A stretch of 64,000 bases of DNA from Planctomycetota bacterium (lineage in GTDB: Bacteria; Planctomycetota; UBA1135; UBA2386): assembly GCA_965223545.1 (NCBI GenBank), contig OZ245006.1:5280001-5344000 (forward strand). Direction: 5' to 3'. The notes below the pieces were generated by a model. The model saw only the letters and a list, made by a program, of their open reading frames with translations. It was not told where the DNA came from and made no database searches. Positions 9,003-22,397 of this stretch are shown in pieces. Numbering within the stretch: the stretch's first letter is position 1; the number at the start of each line of letters is the position of its first letter. A program made the translations under genes and the position numbers.

Positions 9003-10169
9003 ATGAATCGGTTCAAGGGCGTCGACTTCTATCAGCTGGACGAGCTGTACACCGACGAAGAGAAGATGGTGCGGGACACCGTCCGCGAGTGGGTGGACGC
9101 GGAGTTCATGCCGATCATCGAGGAGCACAACCGCGAGGGTCGGTTCCCGTCCCACTTGGTGCCGCAACTCGGCGAGCTCGGTACGCTCGGTGCCAGCTTG
9201 GTCGGCTACGAGTGCGCGGGGTTGTCGCCGACTGCCTACGGGCTGATCTTGCAGGAGCTCGAGCGCGGCGACTCCGGGCTGCGGTCGTTCGTCTCGGTGC
9301 AGGGCTCGCTGTGCATGTGGCCGATCTACACGTACGGCAGTGAGGAGCAGAAGCAGAAGTACCTGCCGAGCATGGCCAAGGGCGAGCTGATCGGCTGCTT
9401 CGGCTTGACCGAAGCCGACTACGGCAGCAACCCGGGCGGAATGATCACGCGCGCTGTCGAAGATGGTGACAGCTACGTCTTGAACGGATCGAAGTACTGG
9501 ATCACCAGTGGCAACGTCGCGCAGGTCGCGGTGGTCTGGGCCAAGCTCGATGGCGAGATCCGCGGCTTCCTGGTGGACACCGACACCAAGGGCTTCTCCG
9601 CCAACGAGATCAAGAACAAGTTCTCACTGCGCGCGTCGGTGACCAGCGAGTTGGTGTTGGAAGACTGCCGCGTGCCGAAGAGCGCGATCCTGCCCGGTGC
9701 GGTCGGCCTCAAGGGACCGCTGTCGTGCCTCAACCAGGCGCGCTACGGCATCGCTTTCGGTGTCGTCGGCGCCGCCATGGCGGTCTACGACGAGGCGCTC
9801 CGTTACGCCAAGATGCGGATTCAGTTCGATCGTCCGATCGCCCGCTTCCAGCTGGTGCAGGACAAGCTCGTCTGGATGGTGAACGAAATCACCAAAGCGC
9901 AGATGCTGTGTTGGCGGCTCGGGCGCCTGAAGGAGTCCGGACAGCTGCACCACAGCCACGTCTCCTTGGCCAAGCGGAACAACTGCTGGATGGCGCTGGA
10001 GATCTGCCGCAAGGCGCGCGATGTGCTGGGCGCCAACGGCATCACCGACGAGTACCAGACGTTCCGCCACATGTGCAACCTCGAGTCGGTGATCACTTAC
10101 GAGGGAACGCACGACATCCACGCGCTGATCATCGGCAAGCAGATCACCGGCGAAGACGCGGTGACGTGA
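9003..10169 (+). CDS. gcdH: Acyl-CoA dehydrogenase, glutaryl-CoA dehydrogenase family
   Basis: 'ELERGDSGLRSFVSVQGSL', 'CFGLTEADYGSNPGGM', 'NLESVITYEGTHDIH'. Confidence 0.85.
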   Translation: MNRFKGVDFYQLDELYTDEEKMVRDTVREWVDAEFMPIIEEHNREGRFPSHLVPQLGELGTLGASLVGYECAGLSPTAYGLILQELERGDSGLRSFVSVQGSLCMWPIYTYGSEEQKQKYLPSMAKGELIGCFGLTEADYGSNPGGMITRAVEDGDSYVLNGSKYWITSGNVAQVAVVWAKLDGEIRGFLVDTDTKGFSANEIKNKFSLRASVTSELVLEDCRVPKSAILPGAVGLKGPLSCLNQARYGIAFGVVGAAMAVYDEALRYAKMRIQFDRPIARFQLVQDKLVWMVNEITKAQMLCWRLGRLKESGQLHHSHVSLAKRNNCWMALEICRKARDVLGANGITDEYQTFRHMCNLESVITYEGTHDIHALIIGKQITGEDAVT

Positions 10170-10203
10170 GTCCGCGTCTTCCGTAGCGAGGGCTGCAGCG
10201 CCA

Positions 10204-11256
10204 ATGCGTGTATTCGTGCTCGGTGGTCTCGGGTTCACCGGCCAGCGCGTTGTGCGTGCGCTGCGCGCCGTCGATGGCGTCGAGGTCGCGATCGGCTCGC
10301 GCGATGGCCGCGACGGCACGACCGCCTGTGACATCCTCGACTCGGCCTCGCGCCCGGCGATGCACGGGTTCGACGCGGTCGTCGACTGCACCGATGGCCG
10401 GGCGGCGCCGCCCGCCAAGGCCGCCGAGTTCTGCCTGCTGTCGGGCATTCACTATTGGTCGCTGGCCGCCGATCCACGCGTGGTCGAGGAGCTGTGGCTC
10501 GCGGCGCGCGCAGTGCCCGACCCGACCGGCAGCGCCATCCTCGGGGTCGGTGTGTTCCCCGGCCTTTCGACGTTGCTCGCGGCAGCGGTTGCGGCCGGCG
10601 GCCCGCCACCGCGGCGGCTGGAGGTGGGTGTCCGCTACAGCCCGTGGTCGCAGGCGGGCGACGGCGTCTGCGCGCTGATGGCAGCCTCGTTGGCCGAGCC
10701 GGCGGTGCGCTACGAGGAAGGCGAGCGAGTGCAGGACCCGCCGTTGACCGTCGGTGGCCGCTTTCGTTTCCACGGCCAGGAGTTCCACGCGCTCGGTGTG
10801 GGCCTGCCGGATGCCCTCTTGGCGCACTGGGGGCCGGGGGCGCCGAGCACCGGCTCGCTGGTCGTGCCGCGCCCCGGCCTGCCGGTCACGGTGCAGCGCC
10901 TACTCGCCCTGTTCGGCCCGTGGCCTCTGCTGCGCTTTGCCCCTACCCGATGGCTGGTCGGGCGTGCGCTGTGGCTGGTGCGCGGCGTGGCGCTGCGCTG
11001 GCGCGCCGTGCCGGTCGAGTTGGCCGCGGTCGCCGACCGCGGCGCCGAGACCCCCCGCGCCGGCTGGCTCCGGGTCAGCGACGGCTTCGCCGCCGCCGGC
11101 TGGATGGTCGCCGCCGCCATCGCGCAGACCAAGGCCGCGCCGCCGCCCCCCGGCGTCCACACCATCGACCGGATCCTGCGCCTCGACGACACCATCACTC
11201 GCATGCGATCCCTCGCCGGCGACACCCTCCACCTCGACCTCACCACCGACGCGTAA
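10204..11256 (+). CDS. Saccharopine dehydrogenase-like NAD(P)-binding oxidoreductase
   Basis: N-terminal Rossmann 'VLGGLGFTG', 'GVGVFPGLS', C-terminal 'PGV'. Confidence 0.7.
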   Translation: MRVFVLGGLGFTGQRVVRALRAVDGVEVAIGSRDGRDGTTACDILDSASRPAMHGFDAVVDCTDGRAAPPAKAAEFCLLSGIHYWSLAADPRVVEELWLAARAVPDPTGSAILGVGVFPGLSTLLAAAVAAGGPPPRRLEVGVRYSPWSQAGDGVCALMAASLAEPAVRYEEGERVQDPPLTVGGRFRFHGQEFHALGVGLPDALLAHWGPGAPSTGSLVVPRPGLPVTVQRLLALFGPWPLLRFAPTRWLVGRALWLVRGVALRWRAVPVELAAVADRGAETPRAGWLRVSDGFAAAGWMVAAAIAQTKAAPPPPGVHTIDRILRLDDTITRMRSLAGDTLHLDLTTDA

Positions 11257-11285
11257 GTACGGAGTCCGGCTCGATTCTCTCGCTT
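11257..11285. repeat. REP-like short intergenic repeat (copy also at 59192-59220)
   Basis: GTACGGAGTCCGGCTCGATTCTCTCGCTT vs GTACGGTGTCTGACTCGATTTTCTCGCTT: 25/29 identical. Confidence 0.65.
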
Positions 11286-11304
11286 CGCCCGATTTGCCCG
11301 TTGG

Positions 11305-13971
<2,667 letters not shown>

Positions 13972-13975
<4 letters not shown>

Positions 13976-14544
13976 CGCTGCCCCAGCTTGCGCAGGGCTT
14001 CCGCCCGCTTTTTTTGCGCTCGGTCGCGCTCGGCCTCGAAGTGCTCGGCGGGGAGGTTGTTGATCGCCTGGAACGACAGCGTCGTGTTGTAGACCTGCTG
14101 GAAGGCCGCCACGCAGCCGTTGAACGCGGTGATGTCGGCGACGTCGCTGCTGCCGTCCTGTCGCGTGCGCACCCACTCGCTGCCGTTGATGCGCAGCGCG
14201 AGCTGCGCCTTCGGGCGGCCCTGCGCCGCCGCCGAAGCGCGGTCGAAGAACTGCAGCTGATCCCACGCCGCGATCAGGCGGTTGAAGTCGTCCTGCGGCG
14301 CGTACTTCAGGTTGGCCGGTCGCTGCGCCGCCGCCGAGGCCTCGGCGAAGTCGGTGTTGCGGAGCGATAGAGTGACGACCCCGTCGGTGTAGACCGCCTC
14401 GACCCGAGGCGGCGCCTGCTGCTCGAGAGCGTGGCTCACCGAGTTCGGCAGCCGGCGCTCGATCGCGGCGGCATCCGCGGTGTCCGGAGAAGCGCAGCCC
14501 GCCGCCAGCGCGGCGGCCGCGAAGACTGTGGAAAGAGTGCGCAA
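13972..14544 (-). CDS. Lipoprotein of unknown function
   Basis: Signal peptide with lipobox 'LAAGC'; translationally coupled to kdsB. Confidence 0.7.
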
Positions 14545-14777
14545 GGCGGCGATCCTAGCGGTGCCCGTCGATCAGCTCCACCCACTTGCCGTGCCCCGGC
14601 GGCCGCCCGCGCGGGTCGAAACACAACCTGAGGCGTGACATGGGCTACCGGCATCCGTACCATGGGGGTTCAGCCGACGGGCGCGGCAGCGCGCGGCGGC
14701 AACGACAGTGCGGAATTCCGCGGGCGGCGGACCGCACCACGAGGCCTTGCCCCCGGGAAACGCTCGGGAGGGATCTG

Positions 14778-15590
14778 ATGAAGCGCAACGAGTCCATCTT
14801 GGTCTACGGTGTGACCGGGCTTTTGGTCGTGATCCTCGTCGTCGCCGTGGTGTTCGGCGAGGAGGCCACGCCCGCCCTCGCCGGCGGCGGTGACCCGTCG
14901 ACCGCGGCGGTCGATCTGGAGCAGGTGCTGGATTTCAACCCGGTGCAGGCGCTCGAGGGCGCCGGTGATCCCGAGGGCGAGAACGCCGCGCCGGAGTCGG
15001 GCGATGTGGACGGTGATGGCCCCCCAGTGGGCGGGGAGACCGGCGACGACGGCACGGTCGTCGACGACGGCGTGATCATCAGCCCGGATGGCTTCGCCGG
15101 CGTGCAGGCACCGCCGTCGGCCGAGCAGAACGCGCAGCTCGCGGAGACTTCCGAGCGACAGCGCGAGGCGGCCCTCACCCGGCGGGTCGGCGACTTCCGC
15201 GAGGTCACCGTCCGGCCCGGCGACACGTTCTCGGCGCTGGTGCTGCGCTGGTGTGGCAGCCTGGACCACCTGGGGATGGCCGAGGCGCTCAACGAGGATC
15301 TCGACTACGACCGGATGCCCACCGGCCGGGTCGTGCTGCTGCCGTGGGTCGACGACCAGCAGCTCTTGGCGTTGCGCGTCGACCATCGAGTGGCCGGCAC
15401 CAAGCTCGATCCGGACACCGGCCAGAGCTACCGGCTGCAGGCCGGTGACAACCTCTGGAAGATCGCGCTGCAGAAGACCGGTACTGACCGTGCCGCAGCG
15501 GGTTACGTGCGGCGGATCCTCGACCTCAACCCGGGGATCGTGCCCGAGAAGCTGCGCGAGGGGCAGGAGATTCGGCTGCCGCAGAACTGA
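14778..15590 (+). CDS. Membrane-anchored protein with two LysM domains
   Basis: N-terminal TM; 'VTVRPGDTFSAL' and 'YRLQAGDNLWKIA...LNPG...LREGQEIRLP'. Confidence 0.85.
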   Translation: MKRNESILVYGVTGLLVVILVVAVVFGEEATPALAGGGDPSTAAVDLEQVLDFNPVQALEGAGDPEGENAAPESGDVDGDGPPVGGETGDDGTVVDDGVIISPDGFAGVQAPPSAEQNAQLAETSERQREAALTRRVGDFREVTVRPGDTFSALVLRWCGSLDHLGMAEALNEDLDYDRMPTGRVVLLPWVDDQQLLALRVDHRVAGTKLDPDTGQSYRLQAGDNLWKIALQKTGTDRAAAGYVRRILDLNPGIVPEKLREGQEIRLPQN

Positions 15591-15617
15591 CGCTGCGCAG
15601 CGCCAGGAGCTGCGGTC

Positions 15618-16973
<1,356 letters not shown>

Positions 16974-17298
16974 GCGCGGATGGTAGCGCCGCGCAACCCG
17001 CGCTCCCACCGGGCGCCCGGCTCCGGCGAGGGGGGCTGAGCGGTTCTGGCGACGGATTCTCCGCGGCGGCGAGGTATGCTTCGCCGAAGCTACGCCCCCG
17101 TCCGGTGCCGGTTTCTCCGCCGCCTTGACGGGAGCGAGCCTAACCCTAGGATGGCGCGACTCTTGCCCCAGCCGATGCCCGTTCGGTGGGGCGGACGGCC
17201 CTAGCCCTCCAGGGCCACGCAACAACCCTTGTAAGCCTCTCCCTCGCACTCAGCCCTGCCCCGGGCAGGGATGCACCTCCCCAAGGAGCTCCGTTCAA

Positions 17299-19416
17299 AT
17301 GGCTCGTGTTTTTGCCAAGTCGCTCACCGGTATCGCAGCGGCGCTCGTGACCACCACTCTCGCCTCGGCGCAGAACGACGCGTTCGCCGAGGGCGTCAAG
17401 GCCTACCGGCTCGGTGAGCTCGAGCAGGCCAAGCAGAAGTTCGAGGAAGTGCTAGCGGCCGATCCCAGCCACGAGGACGCCTTCGATCTGTATCGCAAGA
17501 CGGACGCCGCGGTGTGGCAGGCGCTGTTGTTGGAGCAGGACGGCGGCATCAATCAGTTCGCGCGCCACATGCTCGAGCTCGCCAAGGTCGGTCGCTCCGA
17601 GCGCTCGCGCGACGCGGATGCGATCGCGGCGCTCGTCGAGCAGGCGACGGACGAAGCTGCGGACTTCCAGACGCGCTATCAGGCGGTGCTGAAGCTGCGT
17701 GGCGACCACGCCGAGTTCGCCGTGCCGGCGCTGGCGCGGGTATTGGGCGACGCCGATGCGGACAAGGGCCAGATCGCCGCGCAGGCGGCGCTGGTGGAGA
17801 TCGGCCGTGACGCGACGCCGGCGCTGATCGAGCTGCTGCGCAGCGACAACGACCTGTTGCGCCGCAACGTGGTCGCCGTGCTGGGCAACATCAAGGACGA
17901 GCGCGCGGTGCCGGCGTTGCAGCACGTCGCCGCCACCGACAGCAGTGATGTGATCCGCGAGACCGCGGCGACGGTCGTGGACCGCATGGGTGCGAGCGGC
18001 AACGCGTTGAGCAGCTTCTTGCGTCAGGCCGAGGGTTACTTGAGCGACAGCGGCGTGCGCGATGACGACCGCTCGCCCGTGACCTGGAGCTTCGGCGATG
18101 GCGAGCTGGCCGCGCACGACGTGCCCGCGGTGCTCTACAACTTCGAGCTGGCCAAGAAGGCCGCGCACGACGCGTTGGCCATCGCCCCGGACAGCGAAGA
18201 GGCGCAGACGCTGCTGGCGCGCGCCTACCTCGGGCAGGCCGCGGCGATTCGCGAGTCGTTGGCGAGCAACCCCGACGACGAGGCACTGGCTGGATTCGGC
18301 GGGCAAGTCGCCGGTTTGGTCAACACCGCCGCGGCGACCGGCGTCGACGTCGTCCGCCGCGCCGTCAACGACTCGATCGCGGGCGGCATGGGGCCGGTGG
18401 CGGTCGCCGGCATCGAGCTGCTCGGCCAGATGGAGAGCCGCGATGACCTGGACGGCTCGCCGCTCGTCGCCGCTGTTTCCAGCCCGAACAAGGAAGTGTC
18501 GTACGCCGCCGCCCTCGCCCTGGCCAAGGTCGGTGGCGCCGGAGTGCCGGCCGCCGGCAACGTGGTCGACAAGCTGGCGCAAGCGGTGGGCGAGAAGGCG
18601 GTGCTCAACATCCGCGTGATCGACTCCAACCCGGTGACGCAGTCCGCGGTGATGGAAGCCAGCCTGCCGCGCGGCACGCGCGTCGACGTCGCCGATTCGG
18701 CGGTCGCCGCGATGAACGAGATGTACCGCTTCCCCAACGTCGACGTGGTCGTGCTCAGCGAGAACACGTCCGACGCCTTGCCCGAGGCGATCATCGGCTT
18801 GATCCGCAAGCACAACGACATGGCCAAGGCGAAGATCTTGGTCATCGCCGAGGACGTCGACGCCGCCACCGAGCGCTTCGGCGACCGCATCGACGGCGCG
18901 ATCCAAGGCCCGGTCTCGGCGGACTCGGTGCGCGACGCCGTCAACTCCGCGCTCGAAGGTGTCGAGCTCGACGCGACCCAGCAGCGCGCGGCGCGCGCGG
19001 CGGTGGCCGCCAGCACGGCGCTGCAGAGCCTGGCCCGTGACAAGGTCGACATCAGCGGCGCCCTGGTGAGCCTGGCACAGCAGCTGACCCGCGAGGACGC
19101 GGTGGCGGTGCCGGCGGCGCAGGCCATCGGACACGGCGGTGGTGTCGAGGACGCCACGGCGCTGCTCGCCGCGATCCGCGGCGAGGGCAGCGACGACCTC
19201 AAGGTCGCGTGCGCCGAAGCGATCGGCAACATTCTCGGCCGCACTCCGGCGGCGCCGCAGGATCTGTTCGGCGCGCTCGTCGAGGTCGCGACCGGCGACG
19301 CGGAAGCCGGCCTCAGGGCGGCCACCGTGCGCGCGTTGGGCAAGGCCAAGGTCGATGCCCAGAGCAAGGCGAAGCTGATCGAAGCCCTGCGCGTGCGGCC
19401 GTCGGTGGACTCCTGA
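17299..19416 (+). CDS. Exported HEAT/TPR-repeat protein with an embedded receiver-like domain
   Basis: Signal peptide 'LASAQ', HEAT repeats ('PALIELL..LRRNVVAVLGNIKDERAVPAL') and a REC-like segment ('IRVIDSN...PNVDVVVL'). AAGGAG RBS. Confidence 0.7.
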   Translation: MARVFAKSLTGIAAALVTTTLASAQNDAFAEGVKAYRLGELEQAKQKFEEVLAADPSHEDAFDLYRKTDAAVWQALLLEQDGGINQFARHMLELAKVGRSERSRDADAIAALVEQATDEAADFQTRYQAVLKLRGDHAEFAVPALARVLGDADADKGQIAAQAALVEIGRDATPALIELLRSDNDLLRRNVVAVLGNIKDERAVPALQHVAATDSSDVIRETAATVVDRMGASGNALSSFLRQAEGYLSDSGVRDDDRSPVTWSFGDGELAAHDVPAVLYNFELAKKAAHDALAIAPDSEEAQTLLARAYLGQAAAIRESLASNPDDEALAGFGGQVAGLVNTAAATGVDVVRRAVNDSIAGGMGPVAVAGIELLGQMESRDDLDGSPLVAAVSSPNKEVSYAAALALAKVGGAGVPAAGNVVDKLAQAVGEKAVLNIRVIDSNPVTQSAVMEASLPRGTRVDVADSAVAAMNEMYRFPNVDVVVLSENTSDALPEAIIGLIRKHNDMAKAKILVIAEDVDAATERFGDRIDGAIQGPVSADSVRDAVNSALEGVELDATQQRAARAAVAASTALQSLARDKVDISGALVSLAQQLTREDAVAVPAAQAIGHGGGVEDATALLAAIRGEGSDDLKVACAEAIGNILGRTPAAPQDLFGALVEVATGDAEAGLRAATVRALGKAKVDAQSKAKLIEALRVRPSVDS

Positions 19417-19518
19417 TCGCGGCGAATCTTCGCCAAGCGTTCTTGGCTGCGCCGGGGCGCGTCGGTAACTTGCCGGCGCGCCCCGGCGCCGTTTCGGGCG
19501 GGCGGGGAGCCAACGGCT

Positions 19519-19593
19519 GCCTGAGTAGCTCAGCGGTAGAGCAACGCTTTCGTAAAGCGTAGGTCGTGAGTTCGATTCTCACCTCAGGCTCCA
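19519..19593 (+). tRNA. tRNA-Thr (CGT)
   Basis: Acceptor GCCTGAG/CTCAGGC, D-arm AGCTCAGCGGTAGAGC, anticodon arm ACGCT-TTCGTAA-AGCGT, GTTCGATTC T-loop, 3' CCA. Confidence 0.97.
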
Positions 19594-19598
19594 ACGCT

Positions 19599-19994
19599 GC
19601 GCTGAGCCTCCGGCGCCTCGAATCTTCGAGCTTCGACAACATTCTCGAGGCGACGCCGCTGCCATGGCGACGTCGCCGCGGCGCCGGAGGCTCGGAGAGA
19701 CAGTGCCTCCTGGCTCAGCGCGGCGGCGGATGGGTCGGACGTTCCAAACCGCTCCGGGAAAAGCGGCATCCGAGTTTGGTTGCGGCCGTGGCCGCGCTGA
19801 GCCTCGGGGTCCGCAGCTCTTCGCGCGGCGACAACCTTTCGGAAGGCTCGATGCCGCTGGAACTTCGACAACGCAGCTCCCGGAGGCTCGAAGACAACAC
19901 TGGCCTCTGGGCTCAGCGCGGCCGCCGGCGACCGCGGGACCCGCGACCGACGCTCGGGTCGCGGAATGCTCCGAGTTTGCGGCCGTGGCCGCGC
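19599..19994. repeat. Degenerate ~195-bp tandem structured repeat downstream of tRNA-Thr
   Basis: Each unit opens with GCGCTGAGCC (19599, 19794), contains CCGGAGGCTCG and GGCTCAGCGC (19712, 19910), and ends CCGAGTTTG..GCGGCCGTGGCCGCGC. Confidence 0.7.
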
Positions 19995-20017
19995 CGGGTC
20001 CCGTAGCATCTGGCCCG

Positions 20018-20737
20018 ATGCCCGACCCCGTGCCCGCACCGCCCGCGCTTGCCGAGCCCGGCCGCCGCTCCCGCTGGGTCGCCGAAGCGATCGCCACCTT
20101 TGCCTTGGTCTTCGCGGGCACCGGCGCGATCGTCATCGACGCCTCCACCGGCGCCATCGGACACCTCGGGGTGGCGATCACGTTCGGGCTGGTCGTGCTG
20201 GCGATGATCTACGCGGTGGGGGACGTGTCCGGTGCGCACCTCAATCCGGCGGTGAGCATCGCGTTCTGGGCCGCGGGGCGGCTCCCTGCCCGCGAGCTCG
20301 GCGGCTACGTCGCGATGCAGCTGCTCGGCGCGCTGGTGGCTTCCGGTCTGCTGCGCGTCCTGTTTCCGGAGCACGCGACCCTGGGCGCGACCGTCCCCGC
20401 CGGGTCCTACGGTCAGTCGTTCGTCCTCGAGGTGGTGCTGACGTTCTTGCTCATGTTCGTCATCCTCGGCGTCTCGCAAGGGCCCAAGGAACGCGGCTTG
20501 ATCGCCGGCATCGCGGTGGGCGCGACCGTCGGGCTGGAGGCTTTGTTCGCCGGGCCGATCAGTGGTGCTTCGATGAACCCAGCGCGAAGCCTCGCGCCGG
20601 CGCTGGTCGCCGGCCCGCTCGAGCCGCTGTGGATCTACCTCGTGGCCCCGACCCTGGGCGCGCTGCTGGCGGTGCCGCTGTGCCGGTGCGTGCGGGCCGG
20701 CAATTGCTGTGCGCCGGAAGGGATCCCGGCCCGTTGA
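20018..20737 (+). CDS. MIP family channel (aquaporin/aquaglyceroporin) with Cys-rich tail
   Basis: Two NPA motifs, 'SGAHLNPAVS' and 'SGASMNPARS'; C-terminus 'LCRCVRAGNCC'. Confidence 0.93.
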   Translation: MPDPVPAPPALAEPGRRSRWVAEAIATFALVFAGTGAIVIDASTGAIGHLGVAITFGLVVLAMIYAVGDVSGAHLNPAVSIAFWAAGRLPARELGGYVAMQLLGALVASGLLRVLFPEHATLGATVPAGSYGQSFVLEVVLTFLLMFVILGVSQGPKERGLIAGIAVGATVGLEALFAGPISGASMNPARSLAPALVAGPLEPLWIYLVAPTLGALLAVPLCRCVRAGNCCAPEGIPAR

Positions 20738-20871
20738 CGGCGCGACCGATGGTGTGGCAGGACAACATTTCGAAGGGCTCGCGAGTACCGGCGACCGGTT
20801 GTCGCATGCCCGCAGCCCACAAAGTGGAAACAGCTCCGCGAGTGCTCCTCATGTCCGACAGAGCTCATTTC

Positions 20872-21681
20872 ATGGTTCGGTCCCTGCCGTTGATCGCCCT
20901 GCTGATCACGTCTTCCTGCGCCTTCGGTTGGCGCGAGCCCGCCGTGTGGCTCGACGATGAGCAGACGCTGTCGATCGAGCCCGAAGCCGCCTCGTCGCTG
21001 CATTGCGAAACGCACAACGGTTTCGTCGCCGTCTCCGGAACCGGGTCGGCCGCGATCGACGTGCGCGTGTACCGCCGCGGTGGCGGTCGCGATGCTGCGG
21101 ATGCACGGGCTTGTCTGCAGGCGATCCGGGTCTTCAGCCGCCGCGAGGGGGACACCGTTCGGCTCGGCTGGGAGTGGGCGGAGCCGCGGGATCGCGACTG
21201 GGTCGGGATCGTCTCCTTCGACGTCCGCCAGCCGGCTGGATTGTCGCTGGCGGCCCAGACCCACAACGGCGAGATCCGCGTCCGCGACCTGAGCGGTGGC
21301 TCGGATCTATCGACCCACAACGGGGACATCACCGCGCAGGAGTGCGCTGGGCCGGTCAGTGCCGAGACGCACAACGGCGACATCGGCCTGCGCCGCTGCC
21401 GCGGCGTCGTCGCCCTGCAGACGCACAACGGCCGGGTGCGCGCCGAGCTCACCGACGGCCACGTGTCCGGCTCGATCGAGACGCACAACGGGTCCGTGCA
21501 GGTCAAGCTGGCGGAGGCGACCAACACGCGCATCGTGTGCGCGACCCACAACGGCGGCGTCAGCGCGGGGGTCAGCGGCGATCTGATCGCCGCCGGGCGC
21601 AACTTCTTGGTGATGGACCGCGGAACGCCACGCGATCAGCTGCGCATCGAGACCCACAACGGCTCGATCAGCGTGCGCTGA
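20872..21681 (+). CDS. DUF4097-like beta-solenoid lipoprotein
   Basis: Repeated 'THNG' motifs; lipobox-like 'ITSSC'. The start could alternatively be 20851. Confidence 0.8.
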   Translation: MVRSLPLIALLITSSCAFGWREPAVWLDDEQTLSIEPEAASSLHCETHNGFVAVSGTGSAAIDVRVYRRGGGRDAADARACLQAIRVFSRREGDTVRLGWEWAEPRDRDWVGIVSFDVRQPAGLSLAAQTHNGEIRVRDLSGGSDLSTHNGDITAQECAGPVSAETHNGDIGLRRCRGVVALQTHNGRVRAELTDGHVSGSIETHNGSVQVKLAEATNTRIVCATHNGGVSAGVSGDLIAAGRNFLVMDRGTPRDQLRIETHNGSISVR

Positions 21682-21734
21682 CACTGGATCACCACGGGGC
21701 TCGAGCGCCTTCGTGCCGTTATTCTCGAAGGCCC

Positions 21735-22397
21735 ATGTCCGATCGCCCTGAGTTCGTGCCGCTCGAGGATCCGTTCGTGCCGGCGGCGTCTGCCGAGACC
21801 GCGTCGGCGGAGCACTTCGCCATCATGCGGCGCCGCCGCTCCATCCGCGCGTTCTCCGATCGCCCCGTCAGCCGCGAGACGATCGAGAACCTGGTGCGCA
21901 TTGCCGGCAGCGCTCCGAGTGGCGCCAACAAGCAGCCATGGCGCTTCGTCTGCGTCCAGGATCCCGCCGTCAAGCGCGAGATCCGGCTGGGCGCCGAGCA
22001 AGAGGAGCGCGAGTTCTACAGCCGGCGCGCCAGCGCGCGGTGGCTGCGCGACCTCGCGCCGTTGGGCACCGACGAGCACAAGGAGTTCTTGGAGATCGCG
22101 CCTTGGCTGATCGTCGTGTTCAAGCTGATGCACGACGACGACGACGGGCAGGTCTACTACATCAACGAGTCGGTGGGCATCGCCGCGGGCATGCTGATCA
22201 CCGCGATCCACCTGGCCGGCTTGGCGACGCTCACCCACACGCCCAGTCCGATGAAGTTCCTGGGCCGCATCCTCGACCGCCCGGCGTTCGAGCGGCCGTT
22301 CTTGCTGCTGCCGGTGGGCTATCCGGCCGACGATTGTCAGGTGCCGGTGGCGGCGATCCGCCGCAAGCCGTTGGCGCAGATCATGACCGTCCGCTGA
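21735..22397 (+). CDS. Nitroreductase family, iodotyrosine deiodinase-like
   Basis: 'RRRSIRAFS', 'APSGANKQPW', 'AEQEEREFY', 'LTHTPSPMKFL', 'VGYP'. Confidence 0.85.
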   Translation: MSDRPEFVPLEDPFVPAASAETASAEHFAIMRRRRSIRAFSDRPVSRETIENLVRIAGSAPSGANKQPWRFVCVQDPAVKREIRLGAEQEEREFYSRRASARWLRDLAPLGTDEHKEFLEIAPWLIVVFKLMHDDDDGQVYYINESVGIAAGMLITAIHLAGLATLTHTPSPMKFLGRILDRPAFERPFLLLPVGYPADDCQVPVAAIRRKPLAQIMTVR

